Below are positions 55,801 through 64,000 of a stretch of 64,000 bases of DNA, one piece after another; position 1 is the first letter of the stretch, and every line of letters begins with the position of its first letter. The notes under the pieces were generated by a model, which saw nothing but the letters and a program-made list of their open reading frames with translations, ran no database searches and was not told where the DNA came from. The stretch is taken from contig OZ243916.1 in the NCBI GenBank assembly GCA_965213675.1, positions 2,528,001-2,592,000 of the forward strand, read 5' to 3'. The DNA comes from an uncultured Candidatus Binatia bacterium. GTDB lineage: Bacteria; Desulfobacterota; Binatia; UBA9968; JAJDTQ01. The position numbers and the translations under genes are program-made.

Positions 55801-57213
55801 CTAAGGTGTCCCGGTCACCCCCAGGGACAGAAAATAGTTCTTGATGGTTTCCTTGAACTCGGCGGGAATCTCCGCGGAGGACAGTTCCGCCTCCACCTGC
55901 CGTTGATACCGCACCACCACGGCCTCCTCCGCCACCGTGCTCTCGCCCGGACGCGCCTCCCCGCGGAAACCGAATCCCCGGCTCGGCCCCTGCCCCAGGA
56001 GCCCTTGCAGATGGGTGCGGACGCGCGCCTGGAAGGCGGGGTCGAAGGGTTCCTGCCCGCCCTTGCCGGGCTCGCTGCCGGGTTGACGCCCGACCGGCGG
56101 CGACTCCTCCATCTCTCCCCGGGGGCCGCCGGGCCGGGCCGCTTCCGCGAGGGATTCGCCGGGCGCGTCCCCCGGCAGCAACTCCGTGAGAAACTGCTGC
56201 GTGGAAGCCAGCTCGCGCCGGTCCTGCTCTTGCCGGGCCTCCCGCTCCACGCGGTCGAGGAACTCGCGAACCTCCTGCTCGCTCATCTCCGAAGAGTTCC
56301 CGGGTTGCCGGTCCAGGGACGACAGGCCCATGGATTCCAGCATCTCCCCCCGGCTCTTGCCCTGGAAGGAACCGTCCGTCTGCCGCGTCCTCGTGCGCTG
56401 GAGCTGCTCCCGCAGCTTTTCCAGGGCCGCGCCGGACAGCACCGGCCACTCCAGGCCCGCCTCGGTGGGCCACGAGCGCGTCATGTCCTCCAGCACCTCC
56501 ACCATGGCCCCCACCGAGGCCTCGATGCCGGACCTGTCGTCCGTGGGATCGTCGAGCTGCCGTTCGGCCATCTCGCGCAGGGCCTCGGCCATGCGCCGGC
56601 TCTCGGCCAGGTCCTGCGCGCGCGCCCGCTCCTCCAGTTCCCGGGCGTGTTCCCGCAGCGTCTCGGCCATGCGCGACGCGGCCGACACCGGCTCGGGGGC
56701 GCCCCCCGGCGGCAGCCATAACCCGGCCCCGGCCAGCGCCACCAGCAGCGCGCCGGCCCAGGCGTGCCAGGAGCGCTGGCGTGGCAGCAACGGCGGGAGG
56801 GTCAAGCGCGCCAGCTTCCCGGCCGCTTCCTCCACCACCAGATCTTCCTCCGGACGGCGGCCCTCTTCCGCTTGGCCGTGGGAGCGGGACAGGATGTCCC
56901 ATGCGGTCAGCACGCGCTCCTGGAGTTCCAGACGGTCGTCCACCCGTTTGAGCGCGCCGAGGAAAGCGCCTTCGCGCCACGGGCGCAGCCGGAACACCGC
57001 CACGGCCGCCCCGGCGAACACCGCGGGCGCAAGCCAGAGCAGCGTCCCGTCCACCGCCGCCAGCGCGCGCGCCGCCGCCAGCGCGGCCGCCGCCAGCGCC
57101 GTGTAGAAGAGACTCTCCCACAACAGGCGCTCGCGCCGCTTGCGCCGCTCCCACCGGCGCAAACCGGCAAGCTTGTCGCGCAGCAGGGCTTCGGGTTCGG
57201 TCGGTTCGGTCAA
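55801..57213 (-). CDS. Hypothetical membrane protein with a coiled-coil/Gly-rich C-terminus
   Basis: N-terminal TM helices, D.RL.LQER..TA motif, C-terminal IPAEFKETIKNYF. TTGA overlap with the upstream gene. Confidence 0.7.
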   Translation of the reverse strand: MTEPTEPEALLRDKLAGLRRWERRKRRERLLWESLFYTALAAAALAAARALAAVDGTLLWLAPAVFAGAAVAVFRLRPWREGAFLGALKRVDDRLELQERVLTAWDILSRSHGQAEEGRRPEEDLVVEEAAGKLARLTLPPLLPRQRSWHAWAGALLVALAGAGLWLPPGGAPEPVSAASRMAETLREHARELEERARAQDLAESRRMAEALREMAERQLDDPTDDRSGIEASVGAMVEVLEDMTRSWPTEAGLEWPVLSGAALEKLREQLQRTRTRQTDGSFQGKSRGEMLESMGLSSLDRQPGNSSEMSEQEVREFLDRVEREARQEQDRRELASTQQFLTELLPGDAPGESLAEAARPGGPRGEMEESPPVGRQPGSEPGKGGQEPFDPAFQARVRTHLQGLLGQGPSRGFGFRGEARPGESTVAEEAVVVRYQRQVEAELSSAEIPAEFKETIKNYFLSLGVTGTP

Positions 57214-57980
57214 TTGTACCCTCTCTGTACCCGCCGGAGCCCCCAGGCCAGGAGCGCCAGCGCCGCCGCGAACACCACGCCCTGGAAGCCCCAGTGAATC
57301 AGCGAAGGAGTCCACCACACCCCCCAGCGCACCGGCGCGGCATCCATCTCCAGGGTGCCGAGATGATAGAGCAGAAACGCCACCGGGTTCAATGTCTGCG
57401 CCCACGCGCCGAAGGCGCCGGAGATGAGGAAGAAACAGACGAAGATCCAGCGAATGAAGACCCGGCGCGTGTCCGCCTTGCGCTCCCAGAAGGCCAGCCC
57501 CACGAGGCCCCAGATGCCGTAGCCCACGGCGTAGAGGAACAGCATGGGCAAGGTCGAGGCCATGTCCGGCAGGGGCGTGCGGGCGATGGCCGCCGACCAC
57601 GCCAGCAGCGGCGCGGCCAGGAGCAGCAGGACCAGCGCATGAACCAACAGGATGGACAGCAGGCCGCCCGCCACCGCGGCGACGCTCAGCCGTTCCTCCT
57701 CAAGCCAGTGGCGCAACGGCGAGAAGCGCCACGCCAGGAACTCCAGCCCGGCAAAGCGCAGGCTCAGGTAGACGATGAGCAGCAGCGAGGCCACCGTGGA
57801 AAACTTGAACAGGAAGGCCGGACCGATCCAGAAGCGGGCTTCCCCCGACGGGAGCACCAGCGCCAGCAACTGCAGCGCCCCGAGGATGCCCAGGTAGAAC
57901 AGGTAGGTGGCGCAGGCCTGCCCGTCCACCCAGTACACGGCCACGGCCTCGCGAAACACCGGATTGAGCCAGGGCCTCAC
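57210..57980 (-). CDS. Multi-TM membrane protein (ABC-2 permease-like)
   Basis: About six hydrophobic helices, starting WLNPVFRE; overlaps both neighbours. Confidence 0.65.
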   Translation of the reverse strand: MRPWLNPVFREAVAVYWVDGQACATYLFYLGILGALQLLALVLPSGEARFWIGPAFLFKFSTVASLLLIVYLSLRFAGLEFLAWRFSPLRHWLEEERLSVAAVAGGLLSILLVHALVLLLLAAPLLAWSAAIARTPLPDMASTLPMLFLYAVGYGIWGLVGLAFWERKADTRRVFIRWIFVCFFLISGAFGAWAQTLNPVAFLLYHLGTLEMDAAPVRWGVWWTPSLIHWGFQGVVFAAALALLAWGLRRVQRGYN

Positions 57981-59866
57981 GGGTCCTCCTCCTCGGCGCC
58001 CACGGGAAGGGCGACGCGGAACAGCTTGAAGTGGTGCGCCGAGACCCGCGCGTCGTCCGCCGCGAGCGCCGGTTCGTCGCCGCCGATCCAGCCGATGACG
58101 AAGGCCGCCTCCGGGTCGTCGGCCTCGCCGTCCGGGAACACCGAGTAGCGCAGCAGGAGCTGGCGCGCTTCATCGTCGAAGGTCACGTCGCGGGGCTGGT
58201 GCGGCTCCGCCGCGCCTTCCGGCGCCACGGCAAGCTCTCGCCGCAGCACCCCGCCCGGGGGCACGTCGCCGAGCTTGTACCCGCGTCCGCCCACCACGAG
58301 CCAGCAATCCGTGAACGCGCCGGCGCCGCGGTTGGCGATGCCGATCCGGTAGGTCTCCGCGGTGTGCTGCCAATCGATGCCCACGGGCGACGGTTCCAGC
58401 GAACGCAGCTTGAACAGCGCCGAGTTCCATTCCTTGAGCGGGACGTGGACCTTGGCGTGGGGCCGCCCCTGCCGCAGCACCAGCGAACTCCCGGCCTCGT
58501 CGCCAGGAGCGGGCACGAGGTCGAGCTGGCTCCACCCGCCCCGCAGACTGAAGGAGAAGTCCTTGTGCCGGGTGGCGAACAGGCCCACGTTGGCGTGCAC
58601 CGGCGCCACCTCGGACCACAGGCTGCCGTCCACCACGGTCGACGAGATCAGGATGCCGTCTGGCACGTGGCCGCCGCGGTCGAAGTACCCGTAGCCGCCC
58701 AATGCGGATGCCGCCACCAGTCCCGCGGGCACCAGCGCGAGCCGGTAGCCGGCCGCGGCGCTCCTCCAGTAGCGGAACCAGAGCAGCAGGGAGCCCACGT
58801 AGAGCCCGAGGGCCAGCAACAGCAACAGCGTGGGGGAGCGGAGGCTGGAAAACCCGAAGTTCTGGAGCAGGATGGCGAAAACCTCTCGATTCCACGCGCT
58901 CCACGGATCCGAGCCTCTGGGCGGCGGCTTCCCCAGCACTTCGCCGAGGAGCGCCGGAAGGCCCGTCCAGTCGGACACGGGCGGCCGGCCCACGTCCAGC
59001 GCCAGCCAGGCCACCCGGCCGGCGCCGTGATCGCGCTGCACCAGGATGGGCGCTCCCCCCTCCTCCACCAGCACCGTGCTGGCCGCATCCGCCACCGCAT
59101 CCTGAACGAGGAGGTCCGCGAGGGCGCCGCCGAACCGCGCCGACAGTTCGGGCAACGCGTCCACACGCTTCACGCCGCGCACCGCCACCGGCAACAGCGG
59201 CGCGGTGGCGCGGTCGCGGTACAAGGCGAAATGCGCCCCGCCCAGCACCGCGAGGGTCCCGCCCGACGAGAGCCAGCGCTCCAGCGCGGCGCGCTGGCGC
59301 CGGGACATGGCGCGCAGGGACTGTTCGTAGAGCATGATGGTCCACACCCCGCCGTAGGCGCGGGCCTCCTCGGGCAGATCGCTCAGGGGGATGGACACCA
59401 CCGGGACCGGAGTGTCGTAGGGAAGCGGAATGGCCGGAGCGACGTTGCTTCGGGTCAACAGCAACACCAGCGGCTGACCGGTGAAGCGCCCGCGCAGAGT
59501 GACGGCGGTCTCGTGACTCCGTCCGCCGCCCGTGAAGCGCAGCACCAGTGGCTGCGCCACCGTGTCCGGGTCAACGGTGACGAACAGCACCTTGCGGGCG
59601 TGGGCGGAGAGAAAGAGGTCGCGCTGCTGAACGAAGGAGTAGGAATCCATCCCGCGGGTGGGACCGCCGCGGGCCTCCACCACCTCCAACACGCCGCGCA
59701 CGGCCGCGCCGGAGTTCACCAACTCGATGCGCACCGGAAAAGGCTCGCCCAAGCGGAAGATGCCGCCGAATCCCGGCTGGGCATGGATCGAGACCTGCGC
59801 TGGCGCAGGAACGGCGAAGAGCAGCGCCAACGCCGCCATGCCGGCCGCGCCACTCCCGACAAACAC
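57977..59866 (-). CDS. Secreted/membrane protein with a GATase-like domain
   Basis: Signal peptide; PVRIELVN Ig-like start; QRAALERWLSSGGTLAVLGG; two central TM helices. Confidence 0.7.
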   Translation of the reverse strand: MFVGSGAAGMAALALLFAVPAPAQVSIHAQPGFGGIFRLGEPFPVRIELVNSGAAVRGVLEVVEARGGPTRGMDSYSFVQQRDLFLSAHARKVLFVTVDPDTVAQPLVLRFTGGGRSHETAVTLRGRFTGQPLVLLLTRSNVAPAIPLPYDTPVPVVSIPLSDLPEEARAYGGVWTIMLYEQSLRAMSRRQRAALERWLSSGGTLAVLGGAHFALYRDRATAPLLPVAVRGVKRVDALPELSARFGGALADLLVQDAVADAASTVLVEEGGAPILVQRDHGAGRVAWLALDVGRPPVSDWTGLPALLGEVLGKPPPRGSDPWSAWNREVFAILLQNFGFSSLRSPTLLLLLALGLYVGSLLLWFRYWRSAAAGYRLALVPAGLVAASALGGYGYFDRGGHVPDGILISSTVVDGSLWSEVAPVHANVGLFATRHKDFSFSLRGGWSQLDLVPAPGDEAGSSLVLRQGRPHAKVHVPLKEWNSALFKLRSLEPSPVGIDWQHTAETYRIGIANRGAGAFTDCWLVVGGRGYKLGDVPPGGVLRRELAVAPEGAAEPHQPRDVTFDDEARQLLLRYSVFPDGEADDPEAAFVIGWIGGDEPALAADDARVSAHHFKLFRVALPVGAEEEDP

Positions 59867-59870
59867 GGAC

Positions 59871-60359
59871 CTATTCGACGAAGGAAACGTCCAGGACCTC
59901 GAAGTTCCTGACCCCCGCAGGTGTACGCACCTCCACCAAGTCGCCCACGCGCCGTCCGATCAGCGATCGCGCCACCGGCGACCCGAGGGAGATCCTGCCC
60001 TCCCTGGGTTCCGCCTCGTGCTCGCCCACGATCATGTAGACGACGTTCTCGTCGGTGTCGTCGTCCACCAGCTCGACGGTGGCGCCGAACACGATCCTGT
60101 CGCCGGAAAGCCTGGAAATATCGATCACCTGGGCGCGCGCGATCTTGTCCTCCAGCTCGCGGATCTGCACGTCGAGCAGGGACTGGCGATCCTTGGCGGC
60201 GTGATACTCGGCGTTCTCCGACAGGTCGCCGTGGGCGCGGGCTTCCTCGATGTCGCGGACGTTCTTGGGACGTTCCACCGACTTGAGGCGCTGGAGATCC
60301 TCCAGCAACTGCTGATGCCCACGCGCCGTCATGGGCACGGAGGCGTCGTGGTCTGCCAT
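59871..60359 (-). CDS. greA: Transcription elongation factor GreA
   Basis: Motifs EARAHGDLSENAEYHAAK, FGATV and IS..SPVARSLIG. Confidence 0.96.
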   Translation of the reverse strand: MADHDASVPMTARGHQQLLEDLQRLKSVERPKNVRDIEEARAHGDLSENAEYHAAKDRQSLLDVQIRELEDKIARAQVIDISRLSGDRIVFGATVELVDDDTDENVVYMIVGEHEAEPREGRISLGSPVARSLIGRRVGDLVEVRTPAGVRNFEVLDVSFVE

Positions 60360-60434
60360 CTGACTGCACCTCTGCAAAAAGTTGCGGGCGAGCCGAGAGA
60401 CCTCCGCCCGCCCGTGGATTTCAGACAGTTCGGG

Positions 60435-60462
60435 AGTTTAGCATCCGTCCACGGGAAGTCAA
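60435..60462 (-). promoter_or_regulatory. Probable sigma-70 promoter for greA and the downstream operon
   Basis: Minus strand TTGACT-N16-TAAACT with a TG extended -10 element. Confidence 0.5.
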
Positions 60463-60557
60463 AGAAGGGGCCTTTGTCACCAGCGGTGCGTGGAACCGCG
60501 TTGCGCGAGTCTGTTTGACCGTGGCGGGCCGGGTCCTCAGTGGTCCGGTCCTGATTG

Positions 60558-61559
60558 TCAGGACACCCGCGGCGGGTCCGGCCAGGCGCGTTTGCCGGGG
60601 CCGAAGACGTGACAGGCGGTGCCGTGGCCGCCGTGGGAAAAGTCCAGCTCCGGCTCCACCTCGGTGCAGACCTGCTCGCGGAACGGGCAGCGCGGGTGGA
60701 AGTTGCAACCCGAGGGCGGGTTGACGGGGCTGGGCACGTCGCCCTCCAGCACCATGCGGTCCTTCTTGGGATTGGGATCCGGCATGGGCACCGCGGACAG
60801 CAGCGCGCGGGTGTAGGGATGGCGCGCATCCTTGTAGATGGCGTCGCTGGGGGCGATCTCCACCACCTTGCCCAAATACATGATCGCCACCCGATGGCTC
60901 ACGTGCTCCACCACCCGGAGGTCGTGGGAGATGAAGAAGAACGTGAGGCTCATGCTTTCCTGCAACTCCTGCAGGAGGTTGATGATCTGGGCCTGAATGG
61001 ACACGTCCAGCGACGACACCGGCTCGTCCGCGACGATGAACTTGGGCGACACCGCCAGCGCCCGGGCAATTCCGATGCGTTGCCGCTGGCCGCCGCTGAA
61101 CTCGTGCGGGTAACGCTCGTAGTGGTCCTCCCGGAGCCCCACCTTGTCGAGCAGCGCCATGACCTTTTCCCGGCGCTGGACGCCGGAGGCCATCTTGTGG
61201 ATCTTGAGCCCTTCGCCGATGATCTCGCCCACGCGCATGCGCGGGTTGAGGGAGGCGTAGGGGTCCTGGAAGATGATCTGCATGCGCCGGCGCAGATCGC
61301 GCATCTCGGCGCTGGAGACCCGCATGATGTCCCTGTTCTCGAACAGGATCTCACCGTCGGTGGGCTCGATCAGGCGCAGGATCGTGCGCCCCAGCGTCGA
61401 CTTGCCGCAGCCGGATTCTCCCACCACGCCGAGAGTCTCGCCATCCTCCACGGTGAGGCTGACCCCGTCCACGGCCTTGACGTCGCCCTTGCGCCGGGAG
61501 AGCAGGCCCTCCGCCACCGGGAAATACTTCTTGAGGTTCCTGACTTCCAGCAAGCTCAT
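60558..61559 (-). CDS. oppF: Oligopeptide/dipeptide ABC transporter ATP-binding protein (OppF/DppF-like)
   Basis: Motifs [34 protein letters not shown] and C-terminal GCNFHPRC. Confidence 0.9.
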   Translation of the reverse strand: MSLLEVRNLKKYFPVAEGLLSRRKGDVKAVDGVSLTVEDGETLGVVGESGCGKSTLGRTILRLIEPTDGEILFENRDIMRVSSAEMRDLRRRMQIIFQDPYASLNPRMRVGEIIGEGLKIHKMASGVQRREKVMALLDKVGLREDHYERYPHEFSGGQRQRIGIARALAVSPKFIVADEPVSSLDVSIQAQIINLLQELQESMSLTFFFISHDLRVVEHVSHRVAIMYLGKVVEIAPSDAIYKDARHPYTRALLSAVPMPDPNPKKDRMVLEGDVPSPVNPPSGCNFHPRCPFREQVCTEVEPELDFSHGGHGTACHVFGPGKRAWPDPPRVS

Positions 61560-61602
61560 GGGATTCCACGTCCTGTCACGGGCGCCACCGCGGCTGCCCC
61601 CG

Positions 61603-62565
<963 letters not shown>

Positions 62566-63105
62566 ATCACGCAGCCGCCGCCCTTCCCGCCGGCCCCAAC
62601 CTCATCGCAAGCGCGAACTGTATCAAAAAACGGTGGGGGTGCAAACGATTTTGCTCCCCGCAACCTTGCCTATGCGGGGCGGGCACCCGCCCGCAGACCT
62701 CGTCCGGCTGGTTCCGAAGGAGGCCCTGTTGCACCGCGGTCCGAGCCGTATGCGTTCTGGCGAGCTTCCTGATCCGGACTTCCCCCCGCGTGGCGGTAAC
62801 AAGGGCGTGGGGCCGTATGCACAGCTTTGAATACTGGCGGGATTCACGGTAGTGTAGGGCCTGAAAACGGTGGCGGATCAGAGGTCTGAAACGGCTGGCC
62901 ATTGCAACGGCAAGTCGTTGTTGCAGAAAGGACATTCTTCCACAGGCCGCAAGGGATACGGCGTCTGTCCATTGCATCGCGGTCTTGCCCCTCGGATGCG
63001 CTGCAGTCGTGGCCGGCATCCAGGAGCATTCCAGTCCCGCCCGGGACGATGTCGTTGGTCGTTCGGGCGTTGCGTACGGGGCTCGGGCGTCTTCAGGAGA
63101 CTACG

Positions 63106-64000
63106 ATGACGATCACCCCCACAGGTCGGGCCGTGGTTCATGCGGTGAGGGCGGCGTTCGTGGCCATGTGTGGCGCCGGGCGCTTGTCCGGGTCGGCGAG
63201 CCGCAGTTTCTCCTGCAACCGTTTCGATTCCGCTGCCGCCTGCGCCGCCACGGGTGTGCGTCCCGTCGTCCGCGGCCTGCTCTCGGCCCTCCTGGTCCTG
63301 CCGGCGTTGTTCATGTCGGCGACCGCCGCCGCGGAGCCCAAAGTCACCTTTGGCGCTGCCGCTCACAACAAGGCCGAGGACAACAGCGCCGGCGATCTTG
63401 CCGTTGTTGTGGCGACCAACAACGCAGTGAGCGCCGATCTCGCGGTCAGCTACACGCTCGGCGGTACGGCCACGCCGGGCACCGATTACACCATCAGCTC
63501 AGGGGCGGACTACGGCGCCCGGACCGGCGCCTTCACTATCCCGTCGGGGACGGCTGCCGGTATCTTTGTAGACGCCTTCAGGATCACGGCCATTTCGGAC
63601 GCGCTCCAGGACAGCAGCGAAACCATTGTCGTGACGATCGTCGATGGCGCCGGTTACGATCCCGGGACTACCAGCACGACGACCATCACGTTGTTCGAGA
63701 ACACCGGTAATGCGGCATTCAAGGTGGCCGGCGCCCCCGTAATGGGCGAGACCTTGACCGTGGAGCAGACCGTCGATGATCCGGATGGCAATGGCACGGT
63801 CCAGCATTATCAGTGGCTCAGGAAAAGTCCCGACGCGGAGGCGTGGACCCGGATTCTCGGCGCCACTCAAAGCGACTATGTGGTCCCCCGCATTGTCGTG
63901 GGGCAGGAACTGCTTGCAGCAATTACGTACATCGACGATCTGGGCGTCACCCGAACGGTTTATACGCCGCCGATCGGGCCGGTGGTCGAGTACTACACCG
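63106..64000 (+). CDS. Secreted Calx-beta/Ig-like domain surface protein (5' part; runs off the window)
   Basis: Not in the ORF track because it has no stop in the window. CAGGAG RBS, ATG 63106, signal-like LLSALLVLPALFMSATAAA-E; Calx-beta-like VSYTLGGTATPGTDYT...SETIVVTIVDGAGY; then GETLTV...DPDG...YQWLR...GATQSDY. Confidence 0.75.
   Translation, partial: MTITPTGRAVVHAVRAAFVAMCGAGRLSGSASRSFSCNRFDSAAACAATGVRPVVRGLLSALLVLPALFMSATAAAEPKVTFGAAAHNKAEDNSAGDLAVVVATNNAVSADLAVSYTLGGTATPGTDYTISSGADYGARTGAFTIPSGTAAGIFVDAFRITAISDALQDSSETIVVTIVDGAGYDPGTTSTTTITLFENTGNAAFKVAGAPVMGETLTVEQTVDDPDGNGTVQHYQWLRKSPDAEAWTRILGATQSDYVVPRIVVGQELLAAITYIDDLGVTRTVYTPPIGPVVEYYT

Noticed and set aside
55801-57600. 599-aa version of the coiled-coil membrane protein
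   Set aside because: It overlaps the permease-like gene by about 390 bp. The TTGA-coupled start at 57213 fits better.
49075-59911. Long + strand ORFs (910, 699, 650, 626 aa) opposite the MoxR operon
   Set aside because: These are antisense shadows with no recognisable domains.

Overview
This is a high-GC bacterial chromosomal segment. Its gene content (dprA/trmFO/der/era, holA, greA, sigma-54 promoters, an autotransporter, a Calx-beta surface protein) suggests a diderm, possibly a Deltaproteobacteria/Binatia-like host-associated organism; that is inference only. From left to right it carries: a partial Na/Pi cotransporter; a bicupin, an autotransporter with three 132-aa Trp/Cys repeats, an orphan EutA-like ATPase and an enoyl-CoA hydratase; a 2-oxoacid/acetoin dehydrogenase E1 alpha/beta pair; and menB-menA-menE. 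Next come a cyanate module (cynABDS) with a sigma-54 promoter, an ANTAR two-hairpin/terminator leader and an ANTAR regulator lacking the phospho-acceptor Asp; a myo-inositol uptake and catabolism operon; coxSMG-like genes with no large subunit; and a lower-GC two-gene cassette (putative PD-(D/E)xK-like nuclease plus TPR-like partner). The right half holds holA, an FAH protein, thiSGE, a cysteine hydrolase, an SDR, tRNA-Thr(CGT), trmFO, dprA, der, era, a six-gene MoxR/DUF58/VWA operon behind greA, oppDF-like genes and the start of a Calx-beta surface protein. Several families of short palindromic intergenic repeats are present. The best candidates for undescribed biology are the cupin/EutA-like/repeat-autotransporter locus, the ANTAR-controlled cyanate operon and the nuclease-TPR pair. 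All calls come from motif recognition by eye; no searches were run.
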